60,653 nucleotides of DNA, filler included, from Sluysia triapertura (GCA_046118255.1; 5 parts of 5 records of this genome joined end to end with filler, not necessarily neighbours in it); one strand, 5' to 3'; shown: positions 39,927 through 52,420, counted from the whole stretch's first letter. Made by a program: numbers and translations. The notes: generated from the sequence alone by a model not told the origin.

Positions 39927-40451
39927 ATTTATTGCTGTATTTTGTATGCAGCTATTGGCGGAAGCTTGTTTGTTTTTATAACGGATACTGTGGAAAGTGA
40001 TTCTTTCAGAACAAATTTTACTGACCAGGACCTGAAAGCCACTTATGGAATGAGTAGAAATCAATTAATGAATTCATTGAATTCAACAAATACTACTATT
40101 TCTATTGCTTCAAAAGATATACTTCAACAAAAGAAAAGAACTAATCCTCTAAATGTGATATTTTTAATAACAAATGCATTTTTAGTTTTGGATATAGTTT
40201 TACGAGTTATATTTTGTCCAAATTTGATCGAATTTATTCGGAATCCTTATAATATAATCGATATATTTTCAATAGTACCGTTTGCGTATAGTATAATTTA
40301 TACTATTACACATAGTAAAAGGTATCTCTATGGACTTATATTTACACAATCAAATGACATAATTCGAATATTAAGTTTAACGATTGGATTGAGGTGTTTT
40401 AGAATCGTAAGGCATTATAGTGGTCTGCAAGTTCTTATATATACTTTTAAA
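39927..40451 (+). CDS. Voltage-gated K+ channel (Shaw/Kv3-like), exon encoding S1-S4
   Basis: ttccag|ATT...AAA|gtaagt, 175 codons. Contains LDIVLRVIFCP (S2), NIIDIFSIVPF (S3) and RCFRIVRHYSGLQVLIYTFK (S4 and S4-S5 linker). Confidence 0.93.
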
Positions 40452-41662
40452 GTAAGTTTTACATTAAAATTTATTATAAAACAAGTAAAATGCATTGTTT
40501 TTGATAAATATTTTATAAAAAGCATTGAAATTATAATACAAAGATAATCCTAGAAGATTTATCGTAAACCTTCAAAATAATATTAAGGGTTTGCGTTTTT
40601 TCGAATGACATACGTACATGATTTTTTCTAGTTAAAAAGTTTAATTTATGTCAGAATGTCTAACTTTAATTTATATTTATTATTTATAGATTATTTAATT
40701 TTTTATAGATCCCCAACTGCTCGAGAAATATGGAAATTTAATTTGTTCTCAGATAAGTTTAATTAGGGATGCCGTTATTCCACAAAATATTCAATAATCA
40801 TATTATTTCGATTTCTTTCAATAATAAAACTAGATTAGTAGCACACTAATAAAAATTCCATGCAACTGTAAAGTTAATTCTGTGATTCAGCAATAGATCT
40901 TTAATTTAGTTTTAAATTGCCGAAAACAACACTTATCTCGAACTAAGTTTCGAATTAATGAAATCTCGGACTAATGATGCCTCGAATTAATACAAACCTG
41001 AACTAATGAAGAAAATATATTCTTGAAGTATTATAAAATTTTTCTTGAGTCCTTCTTACACTTATGACTACTAATTTACTATTTTATCAATCCTTATATA
41101 GTCATGGCAAATCATAAAATTTTATTATATCCAGAAAATTTTATTCTATTTTTATCGTTGATATTATTATTATATCTAGTATGATTTTTTTATAATAATA
41201 TATTATTATTTTGGTAATTGACATATAGAAAAAGAGACCAAACGAAGTTACTGCAAATGAATAAAGAATTGATAAAATGTTATTGACTTTGCACTTAAAA
41301 GTACACTAATGATTTTAATAATTTAACACTTAATTAAAATAATTAGGTTATTTCTAAATAATATCGTAATACATAATACAATAAACTGACAAATTATTTT
41401 TAGGATATGCCCAAATAATATAGCAATGCATCAAATCGATAAATCTTGTTCCGTTTAGGTCCAAATAATAAAGCATTATAACAGATTGATAATTTACCTC
41501 TATATTACACTTAAGTAATATTGTAATGATTTTTTAAATAATTACTTTGTCAAATTATTAAAGAAAAAAATAAAAATTTCATATTGAAAATCTAATAAAA
41601 ATTATTTATTTTATAATACTATTTATTTATAATAATTAACTTCGTTATTTGTAATATTTCAG

Positions 41663-42164
41663 GTTAGTATCTGTGATTTACTTTTAATGTTGGTCTTCGT
41701 GACATTGGCTGTATTGATATTTTCTAGTTTAGTATTTATTGCAGATTTTCATTCAAATAAAAACATCAAAAACATACCAGAATGTATCTGGTGGTGCTTC
41801 ATAACCATAACAACAGTAGGCTACGGTGATTTAGTTCCTGTCACACCTGCTGGTAAAGTTATAGGAATATTATGTGCATTAACAGGTGTTTTATCGATTG
41901 CAATGCTAGTGCCAGTATTAGTTAACAATTTTGTATTATACTATACTTTTGCAACATCTCAAAATGAGGATAGTCATAGATCAGTTTATGAATATGCACG
42001 TAAACAATTACAGGAAGGTATTAAAGATGCTATGTCTCACGTAAAGAAATTAAAAGAAAAACATTTTTTGCTATCTGGAAATCCACAAAGTAATGCTAGT
42101 GGTAGCTCGGATACTTCGAAGGTTCCCTCTCCATTAGGTCAAGTACATCATCATAATGTTACAG
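41663..42164 (+). CDS. Voltage-gated K+ channel, exon encoding S5-pore-S6 and the proximal C-terminus
   Basis: tttcag|GTT in frame with the previous exon. Contains WWCFITITTVGYGDLVP and CALTGVLSIAMLVPVLVNNFVLYY. There is a strong CAG|GTAAGT donor after 42164; if unspliced, the stop ends at 42175. Confidence 0.95.
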
Positions 42165-43200
42165 GTAAGTGCTAAATTTCATAAAACTTTAATAATTTCA
42201 AATAATACTTGGTTTGTGAACTACTATTGAACATTATGCATTAACTTCATTTTACTGTTTAAATAAAATAAAAATGTGAAATCACTTAAACATTTATATG
42301 TTACTCAGTTGTTAATGAGTAACACGAATTTAGTTGAGGTATTCTACTTTTTACTGAGTAAAAAATTTTGATTGAATGATAAACAATCTAAAGTCAAATA
42401 TTTTTCAAAAATAGAAAGTATTGAGACACATATAACTTAAATAAAAATATTATTCATTTTATTTATTGTTGGAAACCTTTTCAAAATTTATTTAAAGTAA
42501 AATTTAATAAATAAATTTATGCAGTTTTATATTTTATATCATGCATTGCTGGAAAGATTTTATAAAAAGATCTGAAAATTCATATTTTCTAATGATAATA
42601 TGTATCACAAATCAAACATTCAGGATGATATTGATTATTGATTATTTTACATCTTAATCCAAAATTTATAAATTCATTGAATTTCTTTTTTCTTTAGATA
42701 TATATGTTAGTGTTTTATTTTAATTCAATACTTAGCAATTATATATATGCTACGTTTACTTACTAAATATGAACCAGCAAATATAGTTACAAAAATTCTT
42801 TGGGGTTCGCCTGAAGAAAGTGACTTATACACGAAGAAGACATGTTTCAGGAATTTCAATGGCACCTCTACGAAAATGAATTCTTCTTCTTAGTGGACTA
42901 CACTTATAAGTGGGTGTGTAATTATAAATTTTTTTAGAAAAACCTCGAGTATTCTTTCAACTTAAAAAATTCTTTTATTATGAGTGTTTTAATCTAAAAT
43001 AAATAAACTAGTTTGATAAAAAGAATCACGTAACAAAATGTCTAAGTATTATTAAAAAATATTTTAAGAAAAATTACAAAATAAGACACAAATAATAATA
43101 ATAATAATAATGAATAAAAAATTAAGATTGTTCTTAATTTAAACAATAATTTTTAAAATTCAATTCTGATCAAGAAGGAATTCTTGGCGTTAAAAAATCA

Positions 43201-44420
43201 TTATAGATTATGTCTGAAATTGATCCTGCGAAAATCGCACGATAAAATCTTAATACAAACAATATTGCGGCTGCATAAACTGATAAATGTTTGAAGATTT
43301 TTGAGCAGGAATTCTCCACCGAAATAAATGCTAATGATGTCTTTGAAAATCGCTTGGTAGGTCCGTATTAATGTGTTCTCTGTCAAGATTAACGACGTGT
43401 TTATCCAATCTCTTTCGAACCAAAATATTGATGAAATTTTTTCACAATTAATGTATAATCGATCCAATTAAGTCCCCATGATTAGTGAGTATTTCGATAG
43501 GTCTGTGTTTAGAGCTCTGTCCGACTAGATTCACAATGTACTTATTCAATTTCTAAAATCGATTTATGTCCATTAGTGTATACGTATATATTTTTTGTTT
43601 TGTGTGTATGGGCGTAAGTTGGTTCTTATGTTTATTACATTTAAGTTTAAAAATTTTAATGAATAATTCAATTACGTTTAATACAAATTTCTCTTCAATA
43701 TGTGACGATCTATCATTACGAAATACGTGCTTAAGGCACTTGAAATATTTTAAATTAGCAGTTCGGAGACGACATTTGAAATAAAAAGATACGAACATTT
43801 TATTGATGTAAAATTTAAGTGAATCCACCATCAATTTATTAAAATATAAACTTTCATATAAATAAACACCCTTAAGTAAACAATTCATAGCTAGATTATA
43901 ATAACCGAATGATAAAAAAGTCGTTGCATATTTGTCAAATATAAAACCCGTGGGATCACCAGGTTTTACTACAGTTCTTCTTTTGAATCCATCTTCCTGA
44001 AGACTTGGTTGGGCCAATAATGCGCCAGCTGTCCGCTCGATTCTGCCACTAGCTAGATCTCGACACGCCATCGGAGTTTTCATTATATCTTGTAGAACAA
44101 CATGATTAACATAGGCTTTTTTGCGGATCATCGTTTCGTTTTTATAATTTAAATTATTAGCGTACTTCAATTTTCTATTAGGTCTCATTTCATCATCTTC
44201 GTTAATGCGTAATTTGAAACAGATTGTAAATTCAACGTAACCTTTGATTATATCTTCTAGAACAACATGATTAACATAAACTTCTTCGCGGATCATCATT
44301 TCGTTTTTATAATTTAAATTATTAGCGTACTTCAATTTTCTATTAGGTCTCATTTCATCATTAGTAACTCCTTCTGATCTTTAATTTTTAATCTAATATA
44401 CATGTTTTTCATAGAGCATA
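43201..44420 (-). pseudogene. Intronless ORF of unknown origin (266 aa plus flanking broken frames) with an in-frame 165-nt-period duplication
   Basis: ORF 43553-44353. Segment 44082-44196 is repeated at 44247-44361. No recognised domain. Confidence 0.45.
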
Positions 44421-44550
44421 ATTTTTTAAGTTAAATTTTTTAAAACTGTGTTATAAAGCGTATCATTTAAACACGTTTGTAATTAAGAAAAAATAAAATA
44501 ATGATGAAATAATAAAGTAATAATAAAAATAATAATAAAAATTATAACAT

Positions 44551-44551
44551 G

Positions 44552-44599
<48 letters not shown>
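44551..44599. repeat. (AAT)n microsatellite
   Basis: Seen directly. Confidence 0.9.
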
Positions 44600-44602
<3 letters not shown>

Positions 44603-45316
44603 CGAATTATTCTTTGCTTAAAAACACAAATTAGCAAACCCTTACTAATTTTAGATAGATAAATTAAAGTGAACAACAAGAAAGTGATTCTGGAGTTGAT
44701 TCAAGAATTATTACATCTTGATTATAGTTTTGTTTGAATATTATTTTAAAAATAATTTATAAGTTTTGATTGATAAATAATGAAAAATAATGAAAATTTA
44801 ACTTTGAAATCTTTATAATAAAAATATCAAGAAATAGAAAAAAACACTGTTTTTAAATTTATTAGTTTAAATTATTTAGTGATATTTTAATTGAAAAAAG
44901 TTTTATTAGTTCAAAATGAATTACAAGAAAAATACAAAAAATGTTAAAAATCATTATTAATAAAATATTAAAATAAAAATTATTAGCGCAATATAATTTC
45001 CTTTTATTTTCATGCATTGTATTTTGTATAATGTAGTAATAATAATAATAATAAAAATAATAATATATACAAATAAAAGGGTAGTGCAGTAGTGCTGATG
45101 AGATGGCAATAGGCGTTATATGTTAAAATGCTAATAAAAGGTTTTGATAAAAATATTTAATAAAAGGATTTTATTAGGCGTTTGTGGTTTGTCGGGTGTA
45201 AAGTTAGATACTGTAAATGTTGATGTGATTAGTGTTCGTGATGTAGTTGGTGTAATTGATGGTGATGATGGATGAGATGTATGTTGTGTGTTGAAGTGTG
45301 ACACCACACAAACATT

Positions 45317-45620
45317 GTTAGAATAATAACCATAAAAGTCAAAACATCTCTATTAAATGTTAAAAGCTAAAGAAGACCTATATGAGGGTTTTAGACCTAA
45401 TGAAGGTTTGAGATGAAATTGGAAAACCTTTAAAGGCATTGGAATACTACTGAATTTGTGAAATTTTTGTTATCTGATGCTTCAGTAACCTTTAAGTACT
45501 CTTGAAACATCGATAGGTATCTAAGATCTTCTATTTAATATCTTTGAAATATTTCAGAAATAAAATCATTGTTATAGGTATTAAGAATAAATTAAAATAG
45601 TAATAATTAACATTACTAGA
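45317..45620 (+). repeat. Dispersed repeat family A, partial copy
   Basis: gacctatatgagggttttagac, agtaacctttaa and aaataaaatcattgtt..atagtaataattaacat match 48340-48555. Confidence 0.7.
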
Positions 45621-47668
45621 GTTTCTCTTAAAAATGTTTTACACTTAATAGCAAATTATCTGAGGGATCGGTCCACCTAATAGATACGCTTTATACCACT
45701 ATCGGAAATGTATTATAAGGATTTTATGACTAAAATTAACTTGGATTGCTGGCAAATGCAACCGAATAAGCTCGATCTGACTTTTTTGGTTTAAGATTTT
45801 ATTAAATTGCACAATCCTTTGTTAAGGTGTTGTTGAGAAAAGTGAATTGCACAACCTTTTATTAAGGTGTTGTTGCAAAATGAGATTTTAATTAGCGACT
45901 TTAATTAACACAGCTCTTTAAATCAACTTTTTTTTTAGAATCATAGTATTTTAGAGTCAAAGTAACTAATAAAACAAAATTCGATACTTTATATTACTTA
46001 TAAAACTAAAAGTTGTTATGCAAGGTGCTATAAAATATTAATAACAAAAACTATAATAGTAATATTACGTTAAATAATTCAATACTCGATTGATTATTAA
46101 GATTTTAATTCCAAATTACCCAACCCTATTTAAGGTGTTGGTACGAAAAATGAATAATGATTTTAAGTGTGATTTTGATATTCCCGCTTAGGGTGAATGC
46201 GTGTAAAACCTATAAATAAAAATTACTTTGCAACTTTTGAAGACATCATGGAACTGAAATTTGACTTGAAATCTTAAACTGGTGTTCTAAAATGTTGTGA
46301 ATTTTATTCGGATTCTTAGTCTATTTATACTTACCTATCTTCTTCAATAATTATTGTTTTGTTTTCTAAATTATTATATTTAATATGTTTCCTTTGTTTT
46401 AAAATTTTTCTTTATTTCTTAAAATTAATTAATTAATTTAAACAAAAACTTACTTTTAATTTTAAACAAAATTAATTTATATTTTTATTTTTTTAATTTG
46501 TTTTATGTTTACTTTTAATTTATATTTTTATTTTAAGTATAATAATAATAATATTTATAATTTTTCTACATAAAATTTTAACAAAACACAAAATCATAAG
46601 AATTATAAAAATGTTCTTTACTTTGTTAAGCAAAGTGTCATAGCTGATGATGGCGGTAACTCAGTTGATATTGAGCTCCTTAAATGATTTAAATTAAATT
46701 TAGCTAAATTATGTTAAAAATGATGATGATGATAATAATAATAATAATGAAGAGTTATTATTATTATTAATCGAAAAATGCATAAATTTCTTGTTTTTCG
46801 ACTTTAAAGTAAGTGATGATGATGTTTGGTTATTAAGACTAAATAGTACCAAATATAGATTTATGGTGTTTAATTTATTTTGGAAGTATTTGTTGTTTGA
46901 TTATGAATATGGATGTGATTAAATTGTTGGAGATGAAAGGATGTAAAAATAAAAATATTTTGAATGAATGTTTAGTGTTCTTTGATGTTTTAAGACGTTA
47001 TTTTGATTTGGATGTTGTGAGGTGTTGAATAAATATTCTTAATGGTTTTCTTAATGTGAATCTGATGGTATTGTTTGTCATGAATTTATGAACTTGAGGT
47101 TTGAAAAGTGAAAGTTTGTTTTGTAGATTTGAAAGGAAATAAGATATAAAAAATAATTGTGATGAATTTTACAAGGTTGCGGTATATTGTTAAAGGTTAT
47201 AATTTTACTCGACTCAGAAAATAAATTTGAAATAATTAGTTTGAAACACAAACACAATTTGACAGATAATATTTTAATATTTTAATTCTTATCATAATTT
47301 GATAAATAGAATTTAAAATGCAAAATTTAGATAATATTTCAACAATAATTTTGTTGCAAATTATTAAAATATTCTATAACTTTGGTGTTGATCGAATAAA
47401 TTTTTAAACAATACAATTATAGGAATATTAATTTACAATTTACCATTATAAAGCATTTTAAAGAGCGCCATTAAATATAAATAAATTTATCACAAACTTT
47501 TAAACATGTCGGTAAAATATTACCAGAGTACTAAATATATCTGTTTGAAGCAACAATCTTTAAATCATTTAAATAGTTTAAATCGCAAACTATTACTGTT
47601 GGGGTAAAAGGCCTAAAAAAAGTGCCAAGTAGTATAATTGAATATATTGAAAATGAAATTGTTAGACG

Positions 47669-47740
47669 GGGCTGATAGCTCAGTGGTAGAGCATTCGAAC
47701 TCCGCAGCGATGGTCCCGGGTTCGATCCCCGGTCAGTCCA
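47669..47740 (+). pseudogene. Pseudo-tRNA within a repeat element (element starts at about 47597)
   Basis: Acceptor stem GGGCTGA/TCAGTCC, D-arm GCTC-AGTGGTA-GAGC and T-arm CCGGG-TTCGATC-CCCGG are intact, followed by TTTT. The anticodon stem (TTCGA/AGCGA) does not pair. Confidence 0.8.
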
Positions 47741-48128
47741 TTTTACTGCTTATTATATATTCTTTACACCTGCATATTGCATGCACGTATTTGTTGAAAA
47801 TATTGATTTGAATATTTGGTATTTTCATTATCAAGAATTACTTATTTAAAATATGACACCTTTGCAACTCTAAGGAATTGTAAAATACTAATTAAATATT
47901 ATAAATTTTTATTACCTTTTATATTGAAATTCTACATGAATTATTTGAGTTTTATTTAACTTAATATAGTCATAAATTTCGAACATTATTAATTAAGCTC
48001 AAGTTACATTTATCTGCCTCCATTCTCTTTGTAAGAATATAAGTTTATAATCTTTGGATCACAAACGAATTCATTACGTTAAATTCTACTTATGATCTTA
48101 AGTCGTCTTCTTTAAGAAGAATCACGTC

Positions 48129-48129
<1 letters not shown>

Positions 48130-48170
<41 letters not shown>
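48130..48170. repeat. (AAT)n microsatellite
   Basis: Seen directly. Confidence 0.9.
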
Positions 48171-48171
48171 T

Positions 48172-48566
48172 TTTGGGATTGTCCAACTGTGGATAAGGGA
48201 ATGAGTAAGAAACATAGAATCATGCAATCAAGGAAGAACTGATACAAATTGATGGATTGAACATTATAAACATTGTTAAAATAAGAATCATGAAAAATAA
48301 AACATTTATGATGATCTTAACAGCTAAAGAATATCTTAGAGTTCCAAAGACCTATATACGGGTTTGAGACTTGAAAAAACTTGAAGCATTAAGGTACCTT
48401 TGAACTTTAGGACCTTTGGATCACTGAAGACTTTAGTAACCTTTAACTATTCTTGAAATATCGATAAAGTGTATAAAATCTTTAAAATGATTGAAAAATA
48501 AAATCTTTGTTCAAAATAATAAAGATAAGTTTAACATAGTAATAATTAACATGAAGAAGTAGAAAA
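48172..48566 (+). repeat. Dispersed repeat family A, 5' part cut by the contig end
   Basis: Starts ttgggattgtccaact, like 22139 tgttgggattgcccaact; internal blocks are shared with the other copies. Confidence 0.75.
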
Positions 48567-48666
48567 NNNNNNNNNNNNNNNNNNNNNNNNNNNNNNNNNN
48601 NNNNNNNNNNTTAATTAATTAANNNNNNNNNNNNNNNNNNNNNNNNNNNNNNNNNNNNNNNNNNNN
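48567..48666. other. Artificial contig spacer
   Basis: 44 N + TTAATTAATTAA + 44 N. Confidence 0.97.
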
Positions 48667-48743
48667 GTAAGACGCTTACTATAGCTGGACCCTGCTCAAT
48701 TTTATTTTGCCGTAGGTTTACAATTCATAAGAAAACCACAGCA
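48667..48743 (+). mobile_element. 3' end of an LTR (same family as 12827-13508)
   Basis: ...ggaccctgctcaatttt...aagaaaaccacagCA is the reverse complement of 12827-12895. Confidence 0.75.
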
Positions 48744-49003
48744 ATATTATTTTGTTTGTACTATCAAATATTTCTTGATTTTATTATAACCAATTACACT
48801 ATCAATTTATTGTCAGATCTTTTAACACTTTTTGATTTTATTGTTGACAATGTACTATCAATCATTAACATTTACTTTATAATTTTAACTATGTGTATCG
48901 TCAACATTTTTCTTTTGTGTGGTTAAATTATTTTAAAAGAGTTTTGTTTTCATTCTAATACTAATAATTGTAATACCTAATTAGGAAATTTTTTCTTAAT
49001 GCC

Positions 49004-49805
49004 AAACCTACGGCAAAATAAAATTGAGCAGGATCCGGCTACAGTAAGCGTCATACCACTAATAGTTAGCACCTCTGTAGCTTATAAGTGAAAATTCTTA
49101 CTTAACTTGCTTAAAAATATAACTCTTAACACGTTTAGAGGGTCTTAAAATATCACAATAAATAAAAAATCAATTAAATCCGTGAAATTTATTAAATTAA
49201 TTATACAAATTCTATGATTACAAATGAAGTAGAATAAAAAGTGAAACGTAATGAAAAGTATATGTTACGATCTAAATCCTCTTGGGATATTCGATCAAAT
49301 GGTAGATATAATTTGAGTATAAAATTTCCCCTCACAATATCGGGGTCCCTGCAAAATTTAATAACAAAATTGATTTTACGTGTATTTTATGATTTTGATT
49401 TTAATAAACCAAAATCGCCTTAATAATAAAATATTTTACCCTTGCATGGATCTGATGATAAAAGCCTTGACGAATCTGTTTGACTTTGATTCCACGTAAT
49501 CGCAGATTTTCCAAAAACGATTGAATAATTGTATCGAAGATAACTAAATTAAATGGCTGATTATTTAATATGGCGATTTTCATTAAACTGATGCTAGTTT
49601 ATATACTAGTCATCAGTCAATGAAAATCGATGGAATGTTCTAGAACTTTCTAGAAGCTTCTATTCTATTTATAGAAGCAAATTTTCTTTTTTAGAACTTC
49701 TATTTTCTTTTTTGGAAAATTAATATTTTTTGGTGTTTTTGTCATTTATAAATAATTTTAAAATATTTTGTGAGATTTTAAATGGTCGTGATGGCAGACC
49801 TAACA
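49004..49805 (-). mobile_element. LTR copy (same family), missing its last ~25 nt
   Basis: The minus strand starts TGTTAGGTCTGCCATC. ctagtttatatacta..catca..caat..aaatcga matches 13377-13415, and aaaattgagcaggatccgg matches 12860-12880. Confidence 0.75.
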
Positions 49806-51594
49806 GACATATAAGTAAGCACTAACATCCGATTTTCTTCATATTCTTTTTCTTAACGCTGAAAATCTATGTACTGGCCCTTTAGTGAGTAAGTCCAGTA
49901 TCATCGAGAACTCACTAAAAATTGAATAACTTAACAAAAATAAAGAAGATAAAATTAATTAAAGTTCACATACAACGACTTAGAGTTTAAAATTTATTTC
50001 CTAATATATAAATACTACAAGTTAAGAACAGATTAAACTTTCTTACGTATCGTCTATTCTTTGCATTCTCCACAATATATTGCCTTTTTGTATATGTTTT
50101 ATCCAATTTATTCATTTTATTTAATAAAATTTATTAGTTGTTTATTATTAATTTATTTCGAGTGTTAAGTTAATTAATTGTTAATTTACTCTAAATATCA
50201 AGTTTATTAAAGTTTAGGGAATTAAGCTTTTAAGCTATCGCTATTAAGAACTAACTTTTAGTACACGATTGTCTTAAGCATAATTTAGTAAAAATCGAAG
50301 TTTGTCAATTTAACAATAAGAATATTTTCTTCACGTAGAATTTTTCTAGAAAACCCTGAAGCTACCTCTTCTACGTATATAAATCGTTGACTTCAGGCGG
50401 ACCCAAAAGATTACTTAAAACATATTTGCTGAAACATAAGCAGTTAAGAAAAAATACCAGCAAATGTTAACCCGAATCTGATTATTAACAAATTTGTTTG
50501 TTTTATACTGATGTTTTTCTATATAATCTGTTGTTTGTTCAATCTATATTTTTTTGTCCTGTCACTTTGGATTAACCGGATTCTACCACATATTTAAATA
50601 TATTAATCTCAAATAATCTTAGGCTATCAATTTTTAAATGAATCAAATATTAAATATTTCGCAGTATAAAAATAAAAATTATACTCAAACGTCATGTCAG
50701 AAAGAAAAACAAGTCTAAAATTGTAAATAAAATTCTAAAGTTATTAAAAATTTAAATTATTTTAAATATTACCTTAAAAAAGAAATAAAATTATAAATCC
50801 ATTACTAACACTTTAATAAATTAAATAATTAAATTAATCTTAAATAATCTTAACATACAATATTAGTAACCATATTCGATTTAATCTAATATAATTATGC
50901 AATTTTATTAACAAAGACAACCAATCTATTTTGGCTAAGTCCCAAACATAAAACTAACATAATAATCAACACTTATATTATAACAGCCAAAAATTAACAA
51001 TTATAATTACTTGTATCAAAATTATATTGAATTTGATGCTGTAAGTAATGAAAGCAAAATTGTAAACATGACATATTTTATTCTAAGTATAAATATGCTT
51101 ATTTGCCGTTTGCGCAGCAAATTAGATCATTGTCCTTGATCTCAGAAAATAACCATGCATCAGGACAAAATTAAGAAAGTTATTCATATTACTCATTATT
51201 TAAAAATCAATAAATATTATATTTAAATGGTAAATAAATCTGTTTATAGATTGTTGATTGATGCTGCTTATAATAAACAAAAAATATAATTAAAGTTCGA
51301 CAAAAGCATTTCTGATAAGTTTAATTAAACACGTGTATTCTAAATTAATTAGTGAATTTATAAAATCGAAATAGTCAAAATAGGTTTAGTAATGTAGTCA
51401 GATAACTTTGATTTTTACAAATGTGTGCATCACAAATTCATTATTATTTATTAGTGGCACACAAACATCTCAAATCATTCTCGTGAATAAGTTTATAAAT
51501 TTGTGTGCTTATGATAACTCATCGAATTTGAGTTTATTTATATTGAAACCTATATATAGACTCAATTTAACATCAGGCTTCTATTATTAGTAAA

Positions 51595-51609
51595 ATGTCA
51601 CAATTTCTG
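51595..51609 (+). CDS. p53: p53-family gene, putative first coding exon (MSQFL)
   Basis: aaaATG TCA CAA TTT CTG|gtaagt; phase 0 matches the next exon. Confidence 0.6.
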
Positions 51610-52110
51610 GTAAGTTTATTTTGCTGTAATAGGTAAAGATTTTTAAATTGTAAAAATTTAATATATTATAATTTTATTGAAGTTTATTTTTAAATGCATA
51701 ATTATTGGTATTAAAATATTTGCACCTATTAAATGTCTACTACTCCTTATATTAACGAACGATAAATAAACATCGTGACGAATACTTTAAATGCTTAGCG
51801 AAACAACTTTGTTGCCCAAATTTAAGCAGTCGTCATCTTATTCGACTTAAGTAAAAGTAATAAAATTGTAATTTGTACTACCGACTCAACCAATACTTTA
51901 ATAATAAAATTGAGTAATAATAGTTATTACCAAAATTAACAAATAAAATCAAAATTGTGAATGGTTTGTGGATTATTCATTATGTAATAGATTATGATCA
52001 ATGACTATTATAAAGACTCGCCATTAATATTAGTTGCCATATATTTACTAAATATTGTGCGTAAGTTTTAAATATTTTTTATTAAAGTTTATAATTATTT
52101 TAATATTAAG

Positions 52111-52382
52111 AATACGGTTTACGAACAATCTCAATTTAGTTTGCCGATGTCTACCAGTACTCATGTTGTTTTACCTCTTAAATCATACAACACATCTACG
52201 AGTAATTCTACGAATATTGTTAGTTCTATAAATAATGGTAGTTGCCCTCATAATCGAACATCTGCACAAATTTACCCAGTTCTCCAAACAAATTCAGTAG
52301 AATCACCCATGACTAAAATAGAACCATTAGTTTCATCAAATTCTTTATCACCGTCATTCTTATCAGATGATATGCCATCACT
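52111..52382 (+). CDS. p53: p53-family gene, N-terminal Ser/Thr/Pro-rich exon
   Basis: taag|AAT ACG...TCA CT|gtaggc; an open frame ending DDMPS(L), spliced over a 38-nt intron into TPYPGAYNF. Confidence 0.8.
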
Positions 52383-52420
52383 GTAGGCCTTATTATTCAT
52401 AAATTATTATTTTTTTACAG

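Noticed and set aside
44655-44721. Candidate last exon of the Kv gene (EQQESDSGVDSRIITS*)
   Set aside because: No acceptor gives the phase-1 junction needed from the donor at 42165; unresolved without RNA data.
45090-45140. CTGATGAG as a possible hammerhead ribozyme core
   Set aside because: No stem II followed by GAAA and no matching helices.
47669-47740. Functional tRNA gene (apparent Gly-TCC anticodon)
   Set aside because: The anticodon stem does not pair, position 33 is not U, and a related copy has a different loop; treated as a pseudo-tRNA repeat.
48667-49057. ~55-bp inverted repeat suggesting a MITE or DIRS element
   Set aside because: Explained by two copies of the same LTR family (see 12827-13508) lying tail to tail.
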